The translations under genes and the position numbers were made by a program. A DNA stretch of 34,714 bases from an uncultured Ignavibacteriota bacterium (GTDB lineage Bacteria; Bacteroidota; Ignavibacteria; UBA10030; UBA8401): positions 1 through 34,714 of the forward strand of contig CAIVNT010000636.1 of assembly GCA_903907305.1 (NCBI GenBank), in the 5' to 3' direction. Of the stretch, positions 15,271 to 24,856 are shown piece by piece (positions within the stretch are counted from its first letter, which is position 1; every line of letters starts with the position of its first letter). Below the pieces are notes generated by a model. The model saw only the letters and a program-made list of their open reading frames with translations, made no database searches and was not told where the DNA came from.

Positions 15271-18200
15271 TTATTTTAAAAGAAGCATCTTCTTTGTCTG
15301 AACAACTCCGCCCGCTTTCAGACGATACAAATACAACCCCGATGAAAGATGTGCCGCATCGAATGTCACGGAATAATTCCCGGCATCCTTCACTTCATTC
15401 ACCAGAGTCATAATTTCCTGACCGAGGATATTGTAGACACCAATCTTCACATTCATCATTGCCGGCAGTTGGTACCGGATGGTGGTGGACGGGTTGAACG
15501 GATTCGGATAATTATTTGCCAAACCCACTTCTGTCGGGACCACCATCGGTGTTTCAACTGAAGCGATGGTGCTTGCCTTCAATAAGGTATACAACCACGC
15601 GACAGAAGCCTTATATGCTTCGTCCTGTTTTGCCGCATCATTATCGAGCGTGTGTCCGGTATTCGCAAATGTCTTCAGTCCGCTGGTGATACCGCGTGCC
15701 TGTGCCGTTGCGTAGATATATTTACTGGAATACTTGAACGGACCATCTGCGGGGATAAGATCATAGAACACCGTCGAATCGGTCAGTCCATGCACACAAT
15801 AGACCGGTACTTTACTGTTCTTCATCCATGCCGTATCACCGATGGCACCCCAGTTTGATATCACACCTGAAACACGGGTTGAAATTCCTGGTGTCCCGCG
15901 TTCCGGACCATCGAATGTTCCGCCGATGTTAGCCCAGTTGACAGAGTTGGGTGTTACTTCCGCTGAATCCAAATACGCAATATGCAGCGCGGTGATGGAA
16001 CCAGCGGAGCTTCCGGAAAGGAAAATTTGTGATGTATCAATTCCATATCCGACTCCATTTTTTCTCAGGAAACGGATCGCCGCTTTCACATCCTGCTGTG
16101 CTTTCATCATGATCTCGAACGATGCAGAATCGGTCGGTTGGTTCGATGTGGTGCGATAGTAGTTGATGTTCGCTACAACGTAACCGCGTTTTGCCAGACC
16201 GCCGGCAAAGATGTTACTGAATCCGCCGGGTGCATTCACCGCTTTGAATCCTCCGCCGGGAATGAAGAGCACCAGCGGGCGTTCCACTTTTGTATCGCCG
16301 GCACCTGTGTACAGATCCAATGTCTGTTTCACATCGGTACCGTATTGAATGGCGGACTGGATCTGATATGACGCGAATACTTCACTGTCGTACCGTTTCC
16401 CTGTACCCGGTGTCTGCGGCGTACCGACACCGATCGCGAACTGTCCGAATTTATCGACACCCGCCTGAGTTACTGTATCCGCTGCGAATGCCGGAATGGT
16501 GCCGACTGTATCCCACGCGGTTGAATTGTTCGCGCGATAGATAATCCTGCGTGTTGCCGGATCGGCGAATCCATTCGGTGCTACGATATCCAAACGGAAT
16601 GTCGGATTGCTGCTGCTGTCACTCGCGATCCCCCAATATCCGCCTTTATAACGGTAAAAGATATTGGACGGGAAACCGACCGAACCGGTATCACCGGCGA
16701 TGAAGCGGAATCCGATATTCCGAACGGCTGTCGGGGTGAGTTCGAACGTGAACACACCCGGTCTGTACTCTGTTAGTGATCCGACCGGCATAGTCTTCTT
16801 TCCGGTGTTCACAACGGTTCTGGTCAGCATTCCCGTTCCGTCCGTAATTACATAGGACGTATCGGAGTGGCCGCTGGGATTCGAGAAGACAAGATTGAAA
16901 TTCCCCAGTTTATATTTTCCCGATGTCATCGTCAGATTTCCTGTAACAACGAGAGACTTTGAAAGACTTGTTGTGACATTGCGGTTTCCGTTCGCCGAAG
17001 TGATATTGGAAACCGTATCAGGAATGGCATTTCCAGTGACCTGATTCGTCGGGCAGGAGTAGATATAATTTCCGTACCGTGAGAAACTCCGGGTTGTTGT
17101 CTGAATATCTCCGGCAGCACCAGTGGTGACGATGCCATCCGGCGAATATATCGCCAATGTTCCGGCAGAATCCAGCACGAAAGTTCCGTTACCGGTGACC
17201 TTGAAATTATTGCAGCGGAATCTTCCCTTTACTGTAAGTTTGTTCGAGCCAACGTTCAGATTCCCGCTCGCGAGGACATAATATCCTGAGCCCGAAGGAA
17301 GAACAACATCTTGTGTCAGCGTGATGCCGGCAGGATTGTCGAAATTGATCGTTCCGCCGTTCGTGCCGAAGACCGGAAGGAAATCAGCATTCGTGATATT
17401 CAATACTCCACCTGAAGCGACATCAACGACCGCAGAAAGAACGCCGCCGGTGCCGATGGTCAGTGTCGTACCGCCGGCTACGATCACTTTTGATTCGGTT
17501 CCGGAAACGACCCAAGGGGCGGTCAATGTTGTTGAAGCGGTATTGGTCAACAGATACAACTGATTGTCCAATCCGAAATCTGCAGGATGATTTCCCGTAC
17601 CGTTCGTATTGTCACCCCAGCTGGCCACATCGTCCACTGCACCGGTTCCATTGTAATAGAAGGGAGGAGGAGGCATCACTGCCGACCATACTGTTCCGAC
17701 ACGAATACCGTCAAGCACGAACACTGCACCCGTTCCCAAACTATCCCTGCCTTGAATGGAGAGACTCGCACCGGCAACGTTTGCACCAAGATCACTTCCG
17801 GCGTCTGTATTCGGACCGATGTTGGCGGTCGGTTCTACTTTTCCGGGAAGCGGATTCACGATCAATGAATATGTATCGTTCGTCGTCCCCGCTACGATAG
17901 CGTATTTCAAAACGACCAGATACGTTGTCTTGAACGTGTAGTTCGCAGCATCGTAGGTAACGGTCGCCGAAGCACTCTTGCCGCTGAGACCGAATTTCAG
18001 ATTTCCTGCGCCGTCATTCTTGATCCAAAACCGGCCGCGGGCTGCGTTATTGGAATAGAAGCAGACCACATATCCGCCGCCGGTGGTTGCGGTATCAACA
18101 CGGAGCATAAATGCTGCATATAAGTTGCCTGTCGCCGGTACGGTGATGGATTTGGAATACCGCTCCGTATAATCCGTCAGAAGCGCAGCATTGCCGACAC

Positions 18201-18408
18201 CCGAACCGATGTACCCCTGATAATTGAGTCCCGGTGATGTAACCGTGATCGAATTCCATACCAGCGCCGCTTTCGTCCAGCCGTTCGCTGAAAGATCGGT
18301 GCCAGCTGTATAATTAAAATCGTCCTGGATCATTATCTGTCCCTGCAGCTGCGGAACCGATAGGACCAGCGTGAGAAAGAAAAGAATGCCTAGTAAAGAC
18401 CTCTTCAT
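15271..18408 (-). CDS. Multidomain secreted alpha/beta-hydrolase esterase with T9SS C-terminal sorting domain
   Basis: 1045 aa. It has a signal peptide and an N-terminal ~220-aa module shared with the GH79-like protein. The middle region is beta-rich and Gly/Thr/Asn-rich. The esterase domain has the oxyanion motif LFIPGGGF, the nucleophile elbow LSGSSAGS and FANTGHTLD. The C-terminus is NYPNPFNPSTTIRYQLP...GLYLYRL...KKMLLLK. A strong SD (AAGGAGG) precedes ATG 18408. Confidence 0.7.
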   Translation of the reverse strand: MKRSLLGILFFLTLVLSVPQLQGQIMIQDDFNYTAGTDLSANGWTKAALVWNSITVTSPGLNYQGYIGSGVGNAALLTDYTERYSKSITVPATGNLYAAFMLRVDTATTGGGYVVCFYSNNAARGRFWIKNDGAGNLKFGLSGKSASATVTYDAANYTFKTTYLVVLKYAIVAGTTNDTYSLIVNPLPGKVEPTANIGPNTDAGSDLGANVAGASLSIQGRDSLGTGAVFVLDGIRVGTVWSAVMPPPPFYYNGTGAVDDVASWGDNTNGTGNHPADFGLDNQLYLLTNTASTTLTAPWVVSGTESKVIVAGGTTLTIGTGGVLSAVVDVASGGVLNITNADFLPVFGTNGGTINFDNPAGITLTQDVVLPSGSGYYVLASGNLNVGSNKLTVKGRFRCNNFKVTGNGTFVLDSAGTLAIYSPDGIVTTGAAGDIQTTTRSFSRYGNYIYSCPTNQVTGNAIPDTVSNITSANGNRNVTTSLSKSLVVTGNLTMTSGKYKLGNFNLVFSNPSGHSDTSYVITDGTGMLTRTVVNTGKKTMPVGSLTEYRPGVFTFELTPTAVRNIGFRFIAGDTGSVGFPSNIFYRYKGGYWGIASDSSSNPTFRLDIVAPNGFADPATRRIIYRANNSTAWDTVGTIPAFAADTVTQAGVDKFGQFAIGVGTPQTPGTGKRYDSEVFASYQIQSAIQYGTDVKQTLDLYTGAGDTKVERPLVLFIPGGGFKAVNAPGGFSNIFAGGLAKRGYVVANINYYRTTSNQPTDSASFEIMMKAQQDVKAAIRFLRKNGVGYGIDTSQIFLSGSSAGSITALHIAYLDSAEVTPNSVNWANIGGTFDGPERGTPGISTRVSGVISNWGAIGDTAWMKNSKVPVYCVHGLTDSTVFYDLIPADGPFKYSSKYIYATAQARGITSGLKTFANTGHTLDNDAAKQDEAYKASVAWLYTLLKASTIASVETPMVVPTEVGLANNYPNPFNPSTTIRYQLPAMMNVKIGVYNILGQEIMTLVNEVKDAGNYSVTFDAAHLSSGLYLYRLKAGGVVQTKKMLLLK

Positions 18409-18450
18409 GATTGCCTCCTTAATGAGTAGATGTGTAGTACGTTTCTTAAA

Positions 18451-19527
18451 TTAAAAACCAAATCCGAACGTGAGCATGTTCACATAATTGAACCGCCCGA
18501 CATTTGCGTAAGCATAATCCATTTTCAATTTCAGATCATCATCGATGGAATATTCCGCTCCGAATCCGAATGTATAACTCTCTTCATCATAATTGAACCG
18601 GTAACCGCCGCGAAGATAGATGTTCGAGAAAAAGAAATATTCCAGTCCGGCGTTCACTTTCTCCGGTCCATCATTCGGTTTCACATATTCAACGGCAACG
18701 GTCAGCCGCTGCTGATCTGTATTTGACGGCTGCAGAATGTCGTATGCGGCGCCGAGAATGAACATCATCGGCATCTTGATCTTTGCCGGTGCCTGGGCGA
18801 TCCGTCCTTCGTAGGAGAGGAACTCTCCGTCCGGACCGAAATTCTTTCCGAGCATGGAGATGCGAAGACTTCCGATCCCCGTCCAGTACATCGTGCCGAT
18901 ATCGAGCGCCCAGCTTCCCATTTTCGCGTCATCAATCTGCTGTTCTGTATACCGAAGATTTCCGCCGACCTGAAGGAAATCCGTGATCCGTCTGGAATAG
19001 AGCACGCCTATCGCAAGGTCATGTGCTGTGAACGTTCCCAGACCATCAGTGATCGGTACGATCCCAAGATCATTCCCTGCTGCGTCGAATCCCTGCGCAA
19101 CTTTTGTGCGGATCATATCTCCGTAATTAAGATAGATGCAGTTCACGCCGACGGTCCCCCATGCATCCAGATTCTTCACGAGAGAAAGACTGTTGTATTG
19201 GATGTCGGCGACCCAGTTCATTGTTGAAAGCTGAATATCTGCGCCGGGAATATCCGACACAGATGCAGGATTGTTGAATGCCGAATTCGCGTTGCCGTAT
19301 CCGAGCGAGGATTTCACACCGCCGAGAGCGGAGCTTCGTGCATCGGTCGGAAGTTTCAGGAATTGCCATCCTGCTGCTCCGACACGGCTGATCTCCATCG
19401 GATCCACTCCCCAGCCGACCTGATTGCTTCCAACCTGGGACTGCGAAAGGACCGGCATCAGCAGCAACAGAAGGATCGATGATTGATACATTTTCATAAT
19501 TGACCGCATAAATTTTCGTGAGCTCAT
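18451..19527 (-). CDS. Outer-membrane beta-barrel, PorV/PorQ-like family
   Basis: 358 aa with a signal peptide. The N-terminal motif GAAGWQFLKLPTDARSSALGG...SAFNNPAS resembles the PorV-family signature as I recall it (FL.i...aR..alGga ... NPA). It has alternating beta-strand character and the terminal FGFGF typical of OMPs. The ATG is 1 nt after the upstream stop. Confidence 0.6.
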   Translation of the reverse strand: MSSRKFMRSIMKMYQSSILLLLLMPVLSQSQVGSNQVGWGVDPMEISRVGAAGWQFLKLPTDARSSALGGVKSSLGYGNANSAFNNPASVSDIPGADIQLSTMNWVADIQYNSLSLVKNLDAWGTVGVNCIYLNYGDMIRTKVAQGFDAAGNDLGIVPITDGLGTFTAHDLAIGVLYSRRITDFLQVGGNLRYTEQQIDDAKMGSWALDIGTMYWTGIGSLRISMLGKNFGPDGEFLSYEGRIAQAPAKIKMPMMFILGAAYDILQPSNTDQQRLTVAVEYVKPNDGPEKVNAGLEYFFFSNIYLRGGYRFNYDEESYTFGFGAEYSIDDDLKLKMDYAYANVGRFNYVNMLTFGFGF

Positions 19528-19528
19528 G

Positions 19529-21574
19529 TTATTTGATGATCGCTATCTTCCCGACGGATTTTTCACCTTCGTGTCCTGCAACATGCGATTCCACGTGAAA
19601 GATGTAGATGCCGGGCTGAACATTCTGAGCAAAATCGGACAACATGTAATCCTTGCCGGATTGTGAACCCCAGGTTTCAATCCCCCCTCCGCTCGTGTGT
19701 TCGAGTGTTTTTACAAGATCCAGCGACAGAGTATAGATCCTGATGGTGCACAGTGCGGGGATGTTGACGAACGCGATCCGTTTGTATTCGGCGCTTTCTG
19801 CAAATCCGCTCACTTGACGGAACGGATTGGGAACGACGAGGATCTGTTTCTGTTCATTGGTGGGCGGCGGTTCTGCTGAAACGGGATAGAAACAGTAACC
19901 GGTCATTCCGCTTTCGTTCCCCAGTTTATCGATGCTGGTGACACAATAGCGGTAGGGAACATTCGGCTCGGACTGAATAAAATACTGAACGTTGGGTACG
20001 GTATCCGTTCCCGCTACAAGGAAACTATCCGCTTTCGTGTAATAGATCGAGTCGATCATCTTCCACGGTCCTTCGATAGAATTGCTGGACTGATAGATCT
20101 TGTAGGCAGCAAAATCCGCCTGCTTTGTCTGCGGATCCTTGTAATTCCTGTGAACAGCTTTCCAGGTGACCTGAACCCCCTGGATGCGTTGCCCATTCGA
20201 ATTCACGGCCGAAGGAACAACTTTCAGTTCGTTCGTATTTCCGACGCGCGGCGCATCGGCCGGTGTCGGAGGAGGAATGCTGCCGAACGGCAGTGCGAAT
20301 TTTCCTTTGATCAGATTCTTTGCCGCTGCAAAATTCTCCTTCAGATTGGCGATCCCTTCCGCTTTGAATCTCCGTGTTGCTTCATATCCTCCCTTAAGGG
20401 AAACATTCCTGTCCATTTGTCCTGCTGTGAAGATCTCGTACCAATGGATCGATTCCCCTTTTTTGATATCGAACGGTCCGATGGCATAAAGATATCGTGG
20501 ATTCCGTTCCCACTTACTTCCGGCTCCTGTGATACCGGAGTCCGCAGCATTTTTCCAGCTTGTTCTCGGCTGCTCATTAGTCGTGATGAAATTCACCAGA
20601 GTGGCATACTGCCCAAGTCCGTCATCATACCGCGGCGGCATCAATTCCAACGCTTCCGCTCTGCTGTCTGTCGATACGATCTTTCTCCAGATCTTTTTCT
20701 GTCCGAATTTATTCTTCGGAAGAGAGTCGAGGAAAAATGTGTATGCATAGACGTACGGAGAGTACAGTTTGTAATTGCGCGATCCCTGAATGCCGATATT
20801 CCCCGGATCACCGGCATTCCCTGTTGAATCACCGGGAGCGATGGAATAGACAGGCGCCGTTGTGGTCGGCGGAAGAGAAGTGCCGTCGTAAAAAATGAAT
20901 CCAAGAGAGTCACCGGAAACCTGATCCCACTCATATTCCTTATCCCAACCGACGGAGACTGAAGCGGGACGATATGGACCGTTCGGAGTGACCAGGCGCG
21001 CGTAATAAAAATCATTGAACGTCGTATCATCCGTATTGGTAAGCGTACATTCCATGATGACGAAATCGTCGTACTTCGGCTGGCTCCACACACGCACCGT
21101 TCCCGTGAGAGTGTATTTCATGTGCCGTTTCCCGGCTGCATCAAATTGATAGGAACCGATGTCGCCGGTGAGATATTCTTCGGCGCGCAGAGGATTCACA
21201 AGATTATAGTTCTGAGTGACGGCAGTCTGACCAAGTGCATACACATTCGGACTATTATAGATGACACTTCGATAGTACCAGCCCACAGGCTGTCCCGCAA
21301 CCATCGCGCCGTTATAGATGACATTCGCATCCCAGCCGCCGGCGGATTCACCTTGTGCATTATAATCGCCGGGATAGAGAGAAAGCCATTGATTGTTCCC
21401 GATGGTCGTTTCGCGGTCGAGTGCACCGTTCGGCGCGGTCTTCACCCAATACTTCGACCGGGTCAACCGTTCGGGATTGACGCTTTGCGCATACACAGCG
21501 GAACACATCACCGCGGCAAAAAGCACCGCACCGGTTACCGCACGCAAATTCCATTGATCCAATTTGATGTTCAC
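19529..21574 (-). CDS. Secreted 681-aa protein of unknown family with FlgD-Ig/T9SS-like C-terminal domain, encoded directly after the TonB-dependent receptor
   Basis: The track ORF (to 21745) has an Arg-rich 57-aa extension overlapping the receptor gene. GTG 21574 follows AGGAAG and yields MNIKLDQWNLRAVTGAVLFAAVMCSAVYA-QS (SPI-type signal, no lipobox). The C-terminus VVPNPFRQ...CTIRIYTLSLDLVKTLE...GIYIFHV...GKIAIIK resembles the CTDs of the neighbouring T9SS cargo proteins. I recognised no catalytic motif. Confidence 0.55.
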   Translation of the reverse strand: MNIKLDQWNLRAVTGAVLFAAVMCSAVYAQSVNPERLTRSKYWVKTAPNGALDRETTIGNNQWLSLYPGDYNAQGESAGGWDANVIYNGAMVAGQPVGWYYRSVIYNSPNVYALGQTAVTQNYNLVNPLRAEEYLTGDIGSYQFDAAGKRHMKYTLTGTVRVWSQPKYDDFVIMECTLTNTDDTTFNDFYYARLVTPNGPYRPASVSVGWDKEYEWDQVSGDSLGFIFYDGTSLPPTTTAPVYSIAPGDSTGNAGDPGNIGIQGSRNYKLYSPYVYAYTFFLDSLPKNKFGQKKIWRKIVSTDSRAEALELMPPRYDDGLGQYATLVNFITTNEQPRTSWKNAADSGITGAGSKWERNPRYLYAIGPFDIKKGESIHWYEIFTAGQMDRNVSLKGGYEATRRFKAEGIANLKENFAAAKNLIKGKFALPFGSIPPPTPADAPRVGNTNELKVVPSAVNSNGQRIQGVQVTWKAVHRNYKDPQTKQADFAAYKIYQSSNSIEGPWKMIDSIYYTKADSFLVAGTDTVPNVQYFIQSEPNVPYRYCVTSIDKLGNESGMTGYCFYPVSAEPPPTNEQKQILVVPNPFRQVSGFAESAEYKRIAFVNIPALCTIRIYTLSLDLVKTLEHTSGGGIETWGSQSGKDYMLSDFAQNVQPGIYIFHVESHVAGHEGEKSVGKIAIIK

Positions 21575-21593
21575 TTCACTTCCTTTGAAAAGA

Positions 21594-24500
21594 TTAAAAT
21601 TCCACCGTCGTGCCGAAATAGATCTGCCGCGGATTATTCGTATACCAATTCCATTCCGTCGGCTCCTTGGTGGTCGCCTGAAACGGCAGGATACCGCTCG
21701 CCATATAGTTATTGAGATTTGTCGAACCTTCGCTGAATTGAACAAGATGTTTCTGATTGAAGAGATTGGTGATCTGGATGAAATATTTCATTGTAATACC
21801 ATCAGAAAGATGGATGCTCTTATTGATATTCATGTTCGTGCTCCAGCGGTCCTCCCAACGTCTGTTGTTCGGAAGCTTGACCCCCTGATAATCGGTGGGA
21901 TACCAAGTGAATTCATTCCCGCGCGCCCACCTTGTGGAGGAACTGAGTACCCAACTGCCCAGCGGATTGAAGCCATAGACATCGGGACCAAAATCTTCAG
22001 GACTCACCATCGTCAGCTTGAACAGGCCGGAGTTGCTCGGATTCCACAGCATGTCGTTCACACCGATGCCGCCGCCGTCCGTATTGTTCGCACCTGCGAA
22101 AACATTGTCCGCAAGCGGAACTCCGGTCGCATCCGAGGTCTTGAACAGTTTGCTGTCGTGATACCTTCCGGTTGCCAGGTACGAGAGCGTATAGCCAAGT
22201 TCAAAATTCACAGCATGGAACTGGGATTTCAGCTTCAATTCCAAACCGCGGACATCCGCCCACGCACCGTTCACCGTCGTGGTGAAATTGCCGATATATT
22301 TTCCCGGATCACGGTTGTCTGCCTGGAACGGATCGCCGTACAGACGCACATCAACATTGCCGCCGGATTGTTTGATCTCTCCTGTTGCAGGTCCCTGGTC
22401 TATCCCGAGCGACGTGAGATCTTTGCCTTCTTTATAATACATCGTTGCTTCCAGCATTAGGAGATCGTCGATATTCTGAACGATACCAACCTCATACTGT
22501 GTCATCTTCTCCCATGTCAGCGCGGGGTTGCCGACCTTCGCGCCGAGATAGCGATACGTGACGAGCAGACTTTCAGGAAGATCGAGATTTGAATTGAGTC
22601 CGTTCGCTTTAATGATGTCATCCAAATTGCCGGTCGATCTGTTGTCGGTCCACACAACAGGATTGGAAAGGATCTTCACCCATGAAGGGCGCTGATTGAA
22701 GATGCCGAACATAAAATGAAGCACCGTTGTTTCAGTGATCGGGTGCGAGATGCCGATGCGGGGTGAGAACGCCGTTCTTGTCGGAGTACGGACATATGCC
22801 GAGCCGCTTCCGTCCGGTCTATAACCGATCAGTCCTGTCTTTCCGGAATTCCCGTCTGTGTATTGCGAGATCATAAGCGGGTCATAAAAATCTTTGGACA
22901 CATTTTTGTTCGCATTGAAGAAATCGAAACGGATGCCGGCATTGAGCACCATTCCTCCCACTTCTATCTTGTCCTGCACATAGGCCGAGCCTTCATACGG
23001 ATGATCGATGATCGGAATGATATCATTCACCTGCACATACGGGGATGACAGCACGTTCCCTTCGTGGATCAGTGTCTGCACTTCCTGCAGAGAGAAGATC
23101 AATCCTGTCTTCACAAGATTAGATTTATTCACCTGACTCGTCAGGTCGGCCTTCACGCTGTAGTTCTTCGTCTTCGATTCGCTCCTCCAGATATCACCGG
23201 CATATCCCCAGCGCTGCGTGTCGAACAGATTCGATGTCGGCGGTTTCCCGAACGAAGGGAGCCACACTCCATAGGAGAGGACCGAATCGGTCGGCGAAGG
23301 AAGTCCGTACGACACGAACTGCGCGGTCTGAGCGATCTCGGTGAAATCAAGATGGTATTCCATTTGACTGTGCTGGAATGCCAGATTCAGGAAAGTTTCA
23401 GGACTGAACACCTGTGTCAGTTTTGCCTGAAGATTCAGAAGCTGTGCCCGTTCGGGAGCGCGGACAGTACTGCCGTCGCCGAAACTTCCGCCGTTATTCG
23501 CCGGACCATAGAGCCAATATTTGAATTTATTGTAGGGATCATCGATGAACGGCAAAGACTGCGATGCATTGTCGGCAACGATCGTTTCGGATGACTGATA
23601 GCTTGTCCGCGGTGCACCGGAGTTCTTGAACTTGGTGAACATTCCGTTCACACTGACAACGGTCGTGCTGGCCGGTGTCCAATCAAGTGAACCTTGAAAA
23701 GTCATATCCGGGTTGTATTTCATAGAAGAGGGATAGATTCCCACTCCTTCCTTATAGCGGCCGGAGAGCAAAAAACTTAATTCGGGAATGATCGGTCCAT
23801 AGATCGTCACTTCTTTTTCCCATTCCGCTCTGTCGGTATAATCGAATTGCGGGAACCGCTTACTGTCATTGATGAACGCTTTCCACCAGTCCGCTTTCTG
23901 CTGCGGGGTCATCTTTGCGAATTTGCCGTCACCGAGATTTCCTTTTTGTGATTCACCCGGCGCCATCCATTGTGTTCTCCATGTCCTGGACGTGTCCCAG
24001 AAATCTGGTGTTGTCATCACGGTGTGGAACACATCATTCTTATCAAAGATGTTCCTTCCCCAATGATATTTATCCGCCGGACGGTTCTTGTAGGTCGCCA
24101 CAGCATGGATCTGATCCGTCGCTTTCCGAGAGACAATATTGACGATCGCTCCGTTCGCCTGTCCGTATTCCGCATTCCATCCGCCGGTGAGCACTTCGAT
24201 CGCCTGAACGGTGGAAAGGTTTACCGAGGCAAAATTCGTATTCGAACCGACATCGCGAAGATCGAGACCATCCACGCGGTATGACACATCGCCGCCGAAA
24301 CTTCCCCTGATGCCACCGTTGATATTTGTGGAGTTTTGGTCCGCGATCACATCCTTCACTTCCTTGACCCATCCGTTCGAGATCTCTTCCCTGGAGACGG
24401 TCTGTTTACTTGCGGTCAGATCGAGTTCCACTTTCGGTTTTTCAGCAACGATCGTCACTCCCTCGGCTTCGATCGCTTCCTCGGTCAATTGGAAGTTGAT

Positions 24501-24800
24501 GATCGTCGTCTGATCGATCCTCACTTGAACTGAGGTCTGCGTCACTTTCTGATACCCGATGATGGATGCGGTAACTGTGTGTGAACCGGCCGGAACATTG
24601 ATGATGTAATAATCGCCGGACAGATCGGTGAGAGCACCCAGCTTCGTCCCCTTCACAACAACAGTGACACCCACCAGCGCTTCGCCGGTCGTCTTATCTT
24701 TGATCCTGCCGGAGATCTTTCCCGTATTATCCGCGTAGAGAATTCCGCAGACGAGATTCGTCAGCGCGGCGATTAAGAGCACAGTTCTTTTAATTCCCAT
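21594..24800 (-). CDS. TonB-dependent outer-membrane receptor, SusC-like architecture (CarboxypepD_reg-like N-domain + plug + barrel)
   Basis: GKISGRIKDKTTGEALVGVTVVVKGTKLGALTDLSGDYYIINVPAGSHTVTASIIGYQ is the carboxypeptidase-regulatory-like domain. It is followed by a plug (VEVLTGGWNAEYGQANGAIVNIVS) and a long barrel ending TTVEF. The likely start is ATG 24800 (MGIKRTVLLIAALTNLVCGILYA). The track ORF extends to 24860. Confidence 0.88.
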   Translation of the reverse strand: MGIKRTVLLIAALTNLVCGILYADNTGKISGRIKDKTTGEALVGVTVVVKGTKLGALTDLSGDYYIINVPAGSHTVTASIIGYQKVTQTSVQVRIDQTTIINFQLTEEAIEAEGVTIVAEKPKVELDLTASKQTVSREEISNGWVKEVKDVIADQNSTNINGGIRGSFGGDVSYRVDGLDLRDVGSNTNFASVNLSTVQAIEVLTGGWNAEYGQANGAIVNIVSRKATDQIHAVATYKNRPADKYHWGRNIFDKNDVFHTVMTTPDFWDTSRTWRTQWMAPGESQKGNLGDGKFAKMTPQQKADWWKAFINDSKRFPQFDYTDRAEWEKEVTIYGPIIPELSFLLSGRYKEGVGIYPSSMKYNPDMTFQGSLDWTPASTTVVSVNGMFTKFKNSGAPRTSYQSSETIVADNASQSLPFIDDPYNKFKYWLYGPANNGGSFGDGSTVRAPERAQLLNLQAKLTQVFSPETFLNLAFQHSQMEYHLDFTEIAQTAQFVSYGLPSPTDSVLSYGVWLPSFGKPPTSNLFDTQRWGYAGDIWRSESKTKNYSVKADLTSQVNKSNLVKTGLIFSLQEVQTLIHEGNVLSSPYVQVNDIIPIIDHPYEGSAYVQDKIEVGGMVLNAGIRFDFFNANKNVSKDFYDPLMISQYTDGNSGKTGLIGYRPDGSGSAYVRTPTRTAFSPRIGISHPITETTVLHFMFGIFNQRPSWVKILSNPVVWTDNRSTGNLDDIIKANGLNSNLDLPESLLVTYRYLGAKVGNPALTWEKMTQYEVGIVQNIDDLLMLEATMYYKEGKDLTSLGIDQGPATGEIKQSGGNVDVRLYGDPFQADNRDPGKYIGNFTTTVNGAWADVRGLELKLKSQFHAVNFELGYTLSYLATGRYHDSKLFKTSDATGVPLADNVFAGANNTDGGGIGVNDMLWNPSNSGLFKLTMVSPEDFGPDVYGFNPLGSWVLSSSTRWARGNEFTWYPTDYQGVKLPNNRRWEDRWSTNMNINKSIHLSDGITMKYFIQITNLFNQKHLVQFSEGSTNLNNYMASGILPFQATTKEPTEWNWYTNNPRQIYFGTTVEF

Positions 24801-24856
24801 GATATTTTTCCACATAACTGATTTCATTACATACTCTATGATCGGTATCGATTGCT

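Noticed and set aside
21575-21745. 57-aa N-terminal extension of the 738-aa ORF, overlapping the end of the TonB receptor gene
   Set aside because: The extension is Arg-rich (RFRRPPRSRRNGIGIRIIRGRS) and overlaps the conserved receptor C-terminus by about 150 nt. A GTG with an upstream AGGAAG at 21574 gives a normal signal peptide.
20150-22460. Long plus-strand ORFs 20150..20827 and 21564..22460 (also 26918..27547, 8331..8882, 14202..15179 and others)
   Set aside because: All are antisense to genes with strong domain evidence. They are typical shadow ORFs with Arg/Ser/Pro-rich products.
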